Source: Gemmatimonadota bacterium
GTDB taxonomy: Bacteria > JBHIER01 > G020348925
Reading direction: 5' to 3'
Assembly (NCBI GenBank): GCA_020348925.1
Contig: CP070758.1
Span: 3,239,688-3,303,687, forward strand
DNA length: 64,000 nucleotides
A model generated the notes under the pieces. That model was not told the origin of the DNA, did not search any database, and saw only the letters and a program-made list of their open reading frames with translations. Position 1 is the stretch's first letter. The number at the start of each line of letters is the position of its first letter. The position numbers and the translations under genes were made by a program. Shown here in pieces: positions 10,274 to 19,038 of the stretch.

Positions 10274-10523
10274 CTACGTTACATTAATATCACCGAAGAC
10301 ATGGGATGCAAAGATCCTCAATTTCTTCGCGGCACGATCGAACCCGTCGGATTTATAGTCAAGCTTGGAGAAAAGGCCGCTCTGCGACTTATTACTATCA
10401 CCCGATTGGATGTCAATTTCGGATAAATCGACGCCGATATCCCCGAATATGGTGCTGATGTCCCCCCCCTTGGAATGATTTTGAGTGAACCGTGATATTC
10501 GCATCACCGAAAATATGCGACAT
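10274..10523 (-). pseudogene. Frameshifted remnant of a LiaF/DUF2154-like domain gene
   Basis: Two frames (SHIFGDANITVHSKSFQGG and DISTIFGDIGVDLS...SHVFGDINVT) join if the G8 run at 10462-10469 is G7; repeated FGD motifs. Confidence 0.55.
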
Positions 10524-10672
10524 CCCAACCCGTTCTCGCATTGTGAGAGGCATAAAAAATATTGAAGGTGGAAGTATTGAAGAGGAATCGGCCATCACAT
10601 CATAAAGGTTTTACCGCATTTTCGGAATCTCTTCGAAAGGTGAATGGTGATCGAAGGAGGGTTATACGACGT

Positions 10673-11026
10673 TCACGAATAGTCTACCCAATACAGAATA
10701 CGCCCACAGTTTTCGCACGTTTTGATAAAATCCTCCTGTCCACGGCAGGCCACCTCTGTCGGCAGCTTCACAAAACAGCCCAAGCACACACCACTCTTGA
10801 CAGGCACAATGGCCTGCTTGTATCTTTTAGCAGCCCGTTCGTACGTCTTTAATAATTTTTCATCGATTCTCTTGGCCAATTCATTTCTTGTTTCCTGGAG
10901 CTTATCCAAACCATCCATTTTAAAGCCCATTTTTGATTGACTTTTCGCAAATTCAGTATCCGTCGCGTCAGCAATCATCTGATCCAAATCCTGCAGTACG
11001 ATAAGATTTTTCAACTGCTCCGTCAC
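10673..11026 (-). CDS. C4-type zinc ribbon protein (DUF164-like, short form)
   Basis: L..LQDLD N-terminus, YER, C-x2-C (CLGC) and CENCGRILY. Confidence 0.85.
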   Translation of the reverse strand: MTEQLKNLIVLQDLDQMIADATDTEFAKSQSKMGFKMDGLDKLQETRNELAKRIDEKLLKTYERAAKRYKQAIVPVKSGVCLGCFVKLPTEVACRGQEDFIKTCENCGRILYWVDYS

Positions 11027-11493
11027 TTCAGCTTTCCTCCTTCGATGATGTCCTTAAATTCTTGGAACGTATTCACCTGCAGAAGTTTTTCCCGAATCTT
11101 TTTTTTCCCCAACAACTCGACAAGTTTTCCTAAAACAACAAGATAACGATTTTTCTTATCTAAATAGGGGGCAATAATCATGAATATCAAATGGACAGGT
11201 TTCCCGTCGATGGCTTTGAACTTAATGCCGAGCTTGGATTTGCCAAAGGCGATGATCAAATTTGTTGTGGAGAGTGTTCTTCCGTGAGGAATAGCGATAC
11301 CCTTACCAATACCAGTGCTTCCGAGACTTTCTCTTTGTTGAAGCATTTCCAGGAGAATCTCTTTGTCTTTGATTTTTTTCTGGGAGACGAAGAGGTCAAC
11401 AAACTCAACAATTGCGTCTTTCTTCGTCCTTGCCTGTAAATTCGGTAGAAATAGGTTTTCCTCGAAGAGGGATACGAACTCACGGTTTTCCAT
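11023..11493 (-). CDS. PTS IIA domain protein (fructose/mannitol/Ntr type)
   Basis: RESLGSTGIGKGIAIPHGR with phospho-accepting His; start at 11493 (11517 is the alternative). Confidence 0.9.
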   Translation of the reverse strand: MENREFVSLFEENLFLPNLQARTKKDAIVEFVDLFVSQKKIKDKEILLEMLQQRESLGSTGIGKGIAIPHGRTLSTTNLIIAFGKSKLGIKFKAIDGKPVHLIFMIIAPYLDKKNRYLVVLGKLVELLGKKKIREKLLQVNTFQEFKDIIEGGKLK

Positions 11494-11783
11494 TCTTTTT
11501 TCTCCGTGATGGGTCATAATGGGTAAATATTCTGCGCTCTTTTTGAAGTGCGGCTTCTTTGAGCTGTCCCTTGCAGCAATAATATCATGAGTAGAACCCT
11601 AATTGTCAATAAAAAAATGTATACGATTCACAATCGATAGAATTTGGTTTGAGCATAAAGATTATACGAGGGCCCCCAGGAAGATATGGAGATGGATCGA
11701 AACACGGAACGGGATGTCACCTGGAGAGGTTTCGATAATATTTCGGTATTTCTCTAAGTCATATCTGTTCAGAGTTTTTGCGC

Positions 11784-11812
11784 TTGACATTGTTCGCGTT
11801 ATTTCATAAATT
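11784..11812 (+). promoter_or_regulatory. Promoter of tRNA-Gln/tRNA-Glu
   Basis: TTGACA-17 nt-TAAATT directly upstream of the tRNA. Confidence 0.55.
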
Positions 11813-11825
11813 TGAAAACTCACAG

Positions 11826-11899
11826 TGCCCTCTCGTCCAATGGCAGGACAGCGGACTCTGGATCCGTCAATCGGGGTTCGAATCCCTGGGGGGCAGCCA
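11826..11899 (+). tRNA. tRNA-Gln(CTG)
   Basis: Cloverleaf, TGCCCTC/GGGGGCA acceptor stem, anticodon loop CT-CTG-GA, GGTTCGAATCC, encoded CCA. Confidence 0.95.
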
Positions 11900-11955
11900 T
11901 CTCGAAAATAAAGAACGTCAGCAGCCGCTGACGTACACTTGTACCCGTTCCTGGC

Positions 11956-12033
11956 GGCGGTATCGTCTAGCCCGGTCTAGGACGCCGGCCTCTCACGCCG
12001 GTAACAGGGGTTCAAATCCCCTTACCGCTACCA
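11956..12033 (+). tRNA. tRNA-Glu(CTC)
   Basis: GGCGGTA/TACCGCT acceptor stem, CCGGC-CT-CTC-AC-GCCGG, GGTTCAAATCC, CCA. Confidence 0.95.
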
Positions 12034-12187
12034 AATTTTACAACCTCAGAATTTTTTATTCTGAGGTTGTTTTTATCATTTATGGTGTTGGGAAGAGAGC
12101 GTCGCCCCACCTGTGTGACGATCATGCGACGGGATACAATATGCATCACGCTCCTCGATACTTCCCCAACAATTGTGAAGGAAACCC

Positions 12188-12216
12188 TTGACAAACGATG
12201 AAGCGTGTTGTAATTT
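12188..12216 (+). promoter_or_regulatory. Promoter of tRNA-Arg
   Basis: TTGACA-17 nt-TAATTT. Confidence 0.55.
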
Positions 12217-12247
12217 TACCGCATAAAAACGAGTCCTTTCACATGAT

Positions 12248-12324
12248 GCGCCCATAGCTCAATTGGATAGAGCATCTGACTACGGATCAGAAGGTTGGGG
12301 GTTCAAGTCCCTCTGGGCGTGCCA
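12248..12324 (+). tRNA. tRNA-Arg(ACG)
   Basis: GCGCCCA/TGGGCGT acceptor stem, TCTGA-CT-ACG-GA-TCAGA, GGTTCAAGTCC, CCA. Confidence 0.96.
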
Positions 12325-12329
12325 CTTTA

Positions 12330-12360
12330 AGAGATCGGTCTTCAGGCCGGTCTCTTTTTT
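12330..12360 (+). terminator. Rho-independent terminator after tRNA-Arg
   Basis: AGAGATCGGTC-TTCA-GGCCGGTCTCT stem-loop followed by a T run. Confidence 0.75.
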
Positions 12361-12614
12361 GTCGATATTCTCCTCAGCCGGGTTTTGATCCTTTGCACTT
12401 CTTGTGAAACATTTGGAAAACTTGATGTTTTTTTATATTTTAATATCAAAAGTGCTCGCCTCGAATCTCTCCAATGAGGTGAGTGTTTCGAAGAGTGTAA
12501 CGAATAGTATGGACAAGGTCATAGGCAATGCTACAGGTGAGAACGAAGGATTCGAAAGCGGTCCTGCTGTTTTAAGAGAGGAGCGTCCGAGTTGAAGAGT
12601 GAACACGTGCAGGA

Positions 12615-12714
12615 NNNNNNNNNNNNNNNNNNNNNNNNNNNNNNNNNNNNNNNNNNNNNNNNNNNNNNNNNNNNNNNNNNNNNNNNNNNNNNNNNNNNNN
12701 NNNNNNNNNNNNNN
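12615..12714. other. Assembly gap (100 N)
   Basis: Run of N; exactly 100 long, typical of a placeholder of unknown size. Confidence 0.98.
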
Positions 12715-12820
12715 CATTCGCAAATCTCCGTAAACTCAACGTAACATAAATATAATTATGGAATTAAAATGAACCTTGGTCTTCAACTTTATTCCAGAGC
12801 ATCCTCCGCAACACCCTGCT

Positions 12821-12914
12821 CTGACATTTCCAGGCCTGTCGGACAATCTCCTGAATAGAGGATCTGTTGCATCAATCGAGAAGATTCCCCGAGACTTCGG
12901 GGCCGGAATGAGAG
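12821..12914. repeat. Diverged inverted copy of the 5296-5388 element
   Basis: AATCTCC.AATAGAG...TGTTG...CGAG.AGATT...TCGGG.CCGGAATGA matches the reverse complement of 5296-5388. Confidence 0.65.
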
Positions 12915-13077
12915 TTATTGAAGAAACCAGGAGATCAGGAAAATATGTCGGGGAGAGGTTCCTTTTTATCTTTTTTTTTAAGTTTTTTTATATATATTTT
13001 CACACTTTAAACTGAACGGTTATCAACTGAAGTGAAAAGATAACACATTTGTATTTTAGTGAATTGCGAGGAGTGCT

Positions 13078-14115
13078 ATGTCTGGAACCATTACCGTTGC
13101 CGTTCTCGGATGCGGATACTGGGGACCAAATATCATTCGGAACTTCCATCAGCTTCCCGGAGCGCACCTTCTCTCTGTGTGCGATCTCAGACAGGACCGT
13201 TTGGATTATGTCAAAGAACATTTTCCCAATGTGGAAACCACCCTGGAGGTCGAATCTCTTTTGGCCCGCACGGATATTGATGCCTTCGTTGTCACGACAC
13301 CCGCCGATAACCATTTTTCACTGACCAAGAGAGTATTGGAGGCCGACAAGCACGTCTTGGTGGAGAAGCCTCTCGCGCTCACGAGCGACGAATGCAGAGA
13401 GCTCATCGAACTGGCCGAGTCGAAGGGCAAGACCCTCATGGTCGGCCATACTTTTCTCTACAATGCGGCTGTCCGAAAATTGAAACAATTTGTTGATAAC
13501 AATGAACTTGGAGATATTTACTATGTTTACAGCAGTCGGTTGAACCTGGGCAGGATACGAAGCGATATCAACGCCATGTGGAATTTTGCACCACACGATG
13601 TGTCCATCATCTTATATCTTGTGGGCCAGGAGCCCGTCTCGGTGAGCGCCAAAGGGCAATCGTACATTCAGCCGGGCATTGAGGATGTTGTTTTTATGCA
13701 TCTCGACTTCGATGATGGTATGAAGGCGATGATCCACATCAGTTGGCTCGATCCCAACAAGGTGCGCAGAATGACGGTGGTCGGCAGTAAAAAGATGGTC
13801 GTCTATGACGATGTGAGCAGGGATGCAAAAATTGTGGTGTACGATAAAGGTATTGATAAGATCAATATCAATGAGTCGTTCGGGGAGTTCGAGGGGTTTG
13901 GCGAATTTCAGCTGCGATTGAGAGCCGGCGACATGTTTATCCCGGAGATCGATTTTGTGGAACCGCTGAAGGTGGAATGCTCGCATTTCATCGATTGCAT
14001 CGTCAACGGCAAGAAACCCTTAACTGACGGTGAGGAGGGATTGAGGGGCGTCAAAGTCTTGGAGGCTGCCCAGCAATCCCTGAAACATGATGGTGCGGCG
14101 GTGAAAATATCGTAA
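13078..14115 (+). CDS. Gfo/Idh/MocA oxidoreductase (WbpB/WlbA-like nucleotide-sugar 3-dehydrogenase)
   Basis: GCGYWG Rossmann motif, KHVLVEKP, VGH, APHD; next to acetyltransferase and aminotransferase genes. Confidence 0.85.
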   Translation: MSGTITVAVLGCGYWGPNIIRNFHQLPGAHLLSVCDLRQDRLDYVKEHFPNVETTLEVESLLARTDIDAFVVTTPADNHFSLTKRVLEADKHVLVEKPLALTSDECRELIELAESKGKTLMVGHTFLYNAAVRKLKQFVDNNELGDIYYVYSSRLNLGRIRSDINAMWNFAPHDVSIILYLVGQEPVSVSAKGQSYIQPGIEDVVFMHLDFDDGMKAMIHISWLDPNKVRRMTVVGSKKMVVYDDVSRDAKIVVYDKGIDKININESFGEFEGFGEFQLRLRAGDMFIPEIDFVEPLKVECSHFIDCIVNGKKPLTDGEEGLRGVKVLEAAQQSLKHDGAAVKIS

Positions 14116-14169
14116 AGGGGAACACCGACGGATATGCATTGCCGCGTTCTGAGCATAAAGGAAAGGTGA

Positions 14170-14811
14170 ATGAATACAAATGCGAAAATATACCCCAATG
14201 TCCAACTGGGAGACGGTTCGGTGGTGGGAGATTTCTCCATCGTCGGGCTGCCACCCAGGGGCCGGGAGCCGGGAGAACTCAAGACCGAAATTGGAGCCGG
14301 GGCGGTTCTGCGATCGCATACGGTCATTTATGCCGGGAATGTGATTGGGGACAATTTTCAAACCGGACATGGCGTGATGATCAGAGAGGAGAACGAGATC
14401 GGTCGTGATGTGAGTATCGGAACAGGATCTGTGGTCGAGCACCACGTGAAGATCGGCAACCATGTCCGCATTCACTCCCAGGCTTTCGTTCCGGAATATT
14501 CGATCCTGGAGGATGGATGCTGGATAGGCCCGAATGTTGTGGTGACGAACGCGTTGCACCCGCTCTGTCCCAAGGCGAAGGAATGCCTCAAGGGCGCAAC
14601 GATACGGCGCGGGGCAAAGGTCGGAGCGAATGCCACCCTGTTGCCCGACATTGAGATTGGTACAGACGCCTTGGTCGGTGCCGGAAGCGTTGTGGTGAAA
14701 GACGTTCCTGCGAGGGCGGTTGTAACAGGAAATCCAGCCCAGATCGTGAAAACCATTGACGCGTTGCGCTGTCCGTACGCATTGTGTGAGAAGCCGTATT
14801 CGAATGAATAA
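14170..14811 (+). CDS. Hexapeptide-repeat N-acetyltransferase (WbpD/WlbB-like)
   Basis: Left-handed beta-helix hexapeptide repeats, IGPNVVVTN, VGAGSVVVKDVP..VVTGNPA. Confidence 0.85.
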   Translation: MNTNAKIYPNVQLGDGSVVGDFSIVGLPPRGREPGELKTEIGAGAVLRSHTVIYAGNVIGDNFQTGHGVMIREENEIGRDVSIGTGSVVEHHVKIGNHVRIHSQAFVPEYSILEDGCWIGPNVVVTNALHPLCPKAKECLKGATIRRGAKVGANATLLPDIEIGTDALVGAGSVVVKDVPARAVVTGNPAQIVKTIDALRCPYALCEKPYSNE

Positions 14812-14867
14812 GAGATACCAAAGAAACGAAAAGGGTTGCATTCGTTTTTATCCGAGAAGGAGGAGAC

Positions 14868-15971
14868 ATGGGTATACCTATGGTCGATCTGAAAAGACAG
14901 TATCAAACGATGAAGGACGAAATTGATCAGGCTATTCAAGAGGTGATCGATACCACGGCCTTTGTCAGAAGCAAGAACGTCAATCGGTTTGAGGAGGAGT
15001 TTGCCGCCTATTGCGGGGCCAAATATGGTGTGGCCTGCAGTTCCGGAACGACGGCCCTGCATCTGGCGCTGAGGGCCTGCGGGATCGGGCCGGGGGACGA
15101 GGTCATCACCGTGCCTTTCACCTTTATCGCCACCACGGAGGCCGTCTCCAACGTCGGCGGCAAGCCCGTTTTCGTTGATATCGAGTTGGACAGTTATAAC
15201 ATCGATGTGTCGGCTGTCGAGGGGGCCATCACAAAAAAAACCAAAGCCATCATACCGGTCGATCTCTACGGTCAGCCGGCCGATCTCGATCCCATTTTTG
15301 AGATCGCCGAGAAGCATAATCTCACGGTGATCGAAGATGCTGCCCAGGCCCACGCCTCGGAATACAAAGGCAAAAGGATCGGAAGTCTTAGTCCCTTCAC
15401 GTGTTACAGCTTCTTTCCGGGGAAGAATCTGGGGGCCTACGGCGATGCCGGCATGATCCTGACCAATGACGAACAGAGCAACGAGAGAATGCGCATGCTG
15501 TGCGACCATGGGCGCAGGGGGAAATACGAGTACGAGATGGAGGGGTACAACTTCCGCATGGACGGTATGCAGGCGGCTATTCTGAGTGCGAAATTGAAGC
15601 ATCTCGACGACTGGACGGAGAAGAGGCGTCGAAACGGTCAGCTGTACAACCAGTATCTGCGAGAGGCAGATGTTGTGACGCCTGTGGAGAAAGAGTACGC
15701 CAAGCACGTCTATCATTGTTACGTGGTTCGGACGAAAGATCGCCAGAAAATCCAGGATAAGCTGAAGGAGGAAGGGATCGCCAGCGGTGTTCATTACCCC
15801 ATTGCCCTTCACCTCCAGCCTGCTTACGCCGATTACGGCTATAAGCGGGGCGATTTCCCAGTGAGCGAGCAATGTGCAGAAGAGGTTCTATCGCTGCCCA
15901 TGTTTCCCGAGTTGACTGAGGCTGAGATTCAGAGGATCTCGGCCTTGGTGGTGGAGGTTACGACCCGGTAA
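14868..15971 (+). CDS. DegT/DnrJ/EryC1/StrS sugar aminotransferase (WbpE/PorR-like)
   Basis: SGTTAL, TFIAT, EDAAQAH, SFFPGKNLGAYGDAG (PLP lysine), LSLPMFP. Confidence 0.93.
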   Translation: MGIPMVDLKRQYQTMKDEIDQAIQEVIDTTAFVRSKNVNRFEEEFAAYCGAKYGVACSSGTTALHLALRACGIGPGDEVITVPFTFIATTEAVSNVGGKPVFVDIELDSYNIDVSAVEGAITKKTKAIIPVDLYGQPADLDPIFEIAEKHNLTVIEDAAQAHASEYKGKRIGSLSPFTCYSFFPGKNLGAYGDAGMILTNDEQSNERMRMLCDHGRRGKYEYEMEGYNFRMDGMQAAILSAKLKHLDDWTEKRRRNGQLYNQYLREADVVTPVEKEYAKHVYHCYVVRTKDRQKIQDKLKEEGIASGVHYPIALHLQPAYADYGYKRGDFPVSEQCAEEVLSLPMFPELTEAEIQRISALVVEVTTR

Positions 15972-16022
15972 ATCCTGGTCATGAAGCGCCGGACGGCAAC
16001 ACCCTTCTGAAAGTGAGAGAAC

Positions 16023-16955
16023 ATGTCCAATCCGGAAGTGTCCGTTTTCGTTCCCGCACTCAATGAGAAAGAGAACATCCACCCCTTAGTGAGCAAAATT
16101 GCCAGGACGTTCTCAGACCACGACATTGACGGTGAGGTCGTCCTGGTGAATGACGGCAGTACGGACGGCACGGGTGATGAGGCGGACAGGGCAGCCGTTC
16201 AGTACGATTTCGTTCAGGTCGTTCATCACCGCACCAATCTCGGATTGACCGAAGCTTTCCGGACCGCTTTCCAACACGTCCGGGGGGATGTCATCGTATT
16301 TCTGCCGGCCGATTTGGAGTCGGACCCGGAAGAGGACATTCCCCTCCTTTTATCGGAGATCCGAAAGGGCTTTGATATGGTGGTTGGGTGGAGACAGGGA
16401 AGGCGGGATGTGAAAATCGTTGCCTCCAAGATATACAATTTTGTCTGCCGTCTCCTGTTTCATGTTTCCGCCCATGACTTGAACTGGATCAAGGCTTTTC
16501 GTCGAGTACTGATTGAAAATTTGCCGTTGCGGTCGGACTGGCATCGTTACATCTACATGCTTGCCGCCTCGCACGGGTACAAAGTAACGGAGGTGAAGAC
16601 GGGATATCATCCCCGCAGACATGGGAAATCGAAGTATGGACTCATGCGCATTCCCATCTCATTTCTGGATGTCATCGGCCTCAAATTTCAACTGGTCTTC
16701 AGTCAGAAACCGCTCCTGTTCTTCGGTGGTCTGGGTTCAATATTGATCGGTGTCAGCCTCATCTTTGGCGTCATCTTTCTCGTTCAATGGTTCACACGAA
16801 CGTTCCATTTCCGACCCATCGTTCTCTTGGCGACCATGCTCTTTCTGTCCGGAGTGCAACTGTTTATCACCGGTTTTTTAGCAGAACTAATTGTTGCCCA
16901 GAGGGATAAGATTGAGCATCTGGAAAAGGAACTGAAACATCGCTCAAGAACATAA
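16023..16955 (+). CDS. GT2 polyprenyl-phosphate glycosyltransferase (ArnC/GtrB-like)
   Basis: PALNE, NDGSTDGT, ADL, R..GKSKY, two C-terminal TM helices. Confidence 0.85.
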   Translation: MSNPEVSVFVPALNEKENIHPLVSKIARTFSDHDIDGEVVLVNDGSTDGTGDEADRAAVQYDFVQVVHHRTNLGLTEAFRTAFQHVRGDVIVFLPADLESDPEEDIPLLLSEIRKGFDMVVGWRQGRRDVKIVASKIYNFVCRLLFHVSAHDLNWIKAFRRVLIENLPLRSDWHRYIYMLAASHGYKVTEVKTGYHPRRHGKSKYGLMRIPISFLDVIGLKFQLVFSQKPLLFFGGLGSILIGVSLIFGVIFLVQWFTRTFHFRPIVLLATMLFLSGVQLFITGFLAELIVAQRDKIEHLEKELKHRSRT

Positions 16956-16972
16956 TACGCTCGGATGCCGTT

Positions 16973-18145
16973 ATGCGGATATGTATCATTACCCATTGCT
17001 TTCCGCGCTTCAAAAATGATGTGTTCGGAAACTGGACGCCCGACTTCGCCCACATGCTCATGGAGAAGGGTCAGGAGGTTTCTATCTTGACCCCTCGCAT
17101 GGCCGCTCCTGTGGTTCCTGGAGACGTTTCGGACTGGCCGTTTCGGGTTGACTATTTCGATTGGGGCCGGGGGGAGACGCGCCTGGGGAACCTGAGCATC
17201 TTCAACCCCTTTCACGTTATCAAGCTGGCGACGTTCCTTCGTAACGGTGTTCGTATTCTCAAATCTTTGGTTGAGACCCTCAACATCGATCTCTGTCTTG
17301 GGATCTGGGCCATTCCGGGGGGATATTTGTCGTATCGGGTGCACCAGGAGACAGGTGTTCCCTACGCCGTCTGGGCATTGGGCTCGGACATCAATGTCTA
17401 CGGGCGCAATCCCGTATTTCGCCCGGTGATCAAAAAAGTTTTGGTGCATGCGGATTACCTCTTTGCCAACAGTCGAAATTTGATCGCGAAGGTATCCCAG
17501 TGGTCTGGAAAAACGTGTGCATTCATGCCGACGAATAGGGTCTTACCGCAGGAACGCGTTGCGCCGTTGGAAAAGACCGGAGGAAAGAAGACATTTGTCT
17601 ATATTGGGCGCCTGGAGAGGGTCAAGGGGGTGGATGTTCTGATAGAGGCCCTGGCAAAACTTCGCCAGGAAGGGTGTCAGGCTGAGCTTCATATTGTAGG
17701 CGACGGAGAGGAGAAATCGGTTTTGGAGAAATCCGTATCAGAGGCGCGGTTGGGTGATCGGGTCTCCTTTGCCGGATGGGCCTCCCCAGCGGAGGTTACC
17801 TCGTATATCCGAGCCTCCGATGCTGTCGTCCTTCCGTCGCGGAGTGAGGGCATGCCCGTTGTCTTCTGGGAAGCGATGCAGATGAATACACCGGTCATTG
17901 TGACGGATGTTGGAGATATGGCTGAGTACACTCGAAAATACGGTGTGGGAAAGGTCGTACCTCCTGAGAACCCCGCTGCGCTGAAAGAGGCGTTGCGGGA
18001 ATTTATCGAGGATCACGTTCACATCAACTATGCAAATATTGCCGTGTTGGCCGAAGAATCAAGTTTGGCCAAGGCGACCGACACCTTCTTGCACACGATC
18101 TCACCACCACGACGTAATGTGAATGAGGGACATGAGAATCCATAA
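16973..18145 (+). CDS. GT4 glycosyltransferase
   Basis: GSDI, IGRL...KG, PSRSEGMPVVFWEAM (E-x7-E). Confidence 0.9.
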   Translation: MRICIITHCFPRFKNDVFGNWTPDFAHMLMEKGQEVSILTPRMAAPVVPGDVSDWPFRVDYFDWGRGETRLGNLSIFNPFHVIKLATFLRNGVRILKSLVETLNIDLCLGIWAIPGGYLSYRVHQETGVPYAVWALGSDINVYGRNPVFRPVIKKVLVHADYLFANSRNLIAKVSQWSGKTCAFMPTNRVLPQERVAPLEKTGGKKTFVYIGRLERVKGVDVLIEALAKLRQEGCQAELHIVGDGEEKSVLEKSVSEARLGDRVSFAGWASPAEVTSYIRASDAVVLPSRSEGMPVVFWEAMQMNTPVIVTDVGDMAEYTRKYGVGKVVPPENPAALKEALREFIEDHVHINYANIAVLAEESSLAKATDTFLHTISPPRRNVNEGHENP

Positions 18146-19028
18146 GACGACAAAGCAAATAGTACAGTACGCGGTTGTCGGAGCGATATTCTTTTTTCTG
18201 TTTCGCAACATTTACAGAAACTGGGATGCTCTTCGCGATTATGAGTGGAATCTCGATTACATCAGATTGTGTATCTCCTTCCTGTTTCTCTTTCTCGCTC
18301 TGACATGCATGGTTCAGATCTGGAGGTATATCCTGAGCACGTTGGGGAGCCATCTTCCTTTCAAGGCCTCGTGGAGGATTTGGTTCTTTTCGAATTTGGG
18401 TCGCTATTTGCCCGGCAAAGTGTGGCAAATTATGGGGATGGTGTACCTGTGCGAGAAGGAGAATGTACCCAAGGTTCGGACGTTTACGGCCATTGTTCTG
18501 GGGCTGTCCCTGTTCTCTCTCTCCGGTCTCCTGTTGATGTATGCCTATATTCTGATGAGTGGGACGGTCCAATTCGCGCAATATACTTATGTGTTTCTGT
18601 TCTTTATCCCGTGTTGCGTTGTTGTTCTGTATCCTTCCGTGTTTGAGAAGATATTGAATTTCTTACTCCGACTCTTCAAAAAAGAGCGCATTGAGATTCG
18701 TATTCGCTTCAAAACAATGGTCACCCTGTTTCTGCTCTATGTACTCATTTGGGGTGTGTACGGGCTCGCTTTTTTCTTGTTTGTCAACTCAGTATACCCG
18801 GTTTCCTATCGTCACTTTCCTGATTTTGTGTGTATCTTTTCGGCCTCATACGTCATCGGACTCTTGGCGGTTTTTGTTCCTGCGGGTATCGGTGTTCGGG
18901 AGAGTATTCTGACGACGTTTTTAAGCTTTCTCATTCCGATACATTTCGCCACCGTTGTCGCTTTGTTGGCGAGACTATGGTTTACGGCCGGCGAGTTGGC
19001 CGGTGCCGCTATTGGTTTGAAGCTGTGA
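18123..19028 (+). CDS. UPF0104/LPG-synthase-TM flippase-like membrane protein
   Basis: Polytopic; NLGRYLPGKVW and PAGIGVRE motifs. Confidence 0.8.
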   Translation: MRDMRIHKTTKQIVQYAVVGAIFFFLFRNIYRNWDALRDYEWNLDYIRLCISFLFLFLALTCMVQIWRYILSTLGSHLPFKASWRIWFFSNLGRYLPGKVWQIMGMVYLCEKENVPKVRTFTAIVLGLSLFSLSGLLLMYAYILMSGTVQFAQYTYVFLFFIPCCVVVLYPSVFEKILNFLLRLFKKERIEIRIRFKTMVTLFLLYVLIWGVYGLAFFLFVNSVYPVSYRHFPDFVCIFSASYVIGLLAVFVPAGIGVRESILTTFLSFLIPIHFATVVALLARLWFTAGELAGAAIGLKL

Positions 19029-19038
19029 ACGTGTCTCG

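Noticed and set aside
11778-12191. 137-aa ORF
   Set aside because: Overlaps tRNA-Gln and tRNA-Glu.
11826-12324. tRNA-anchored prophage or integrative element
   Set aside because: No integrase and no duplicated tRNA 3' end seen in the window; the gap leaves this not fully excluded.
14472-15872. 466-aa minus-strand ORF
   Set aside because: Antisense shadow of the well-supported acetyltransferase and aminotransferase genes; no recognisable motifs.
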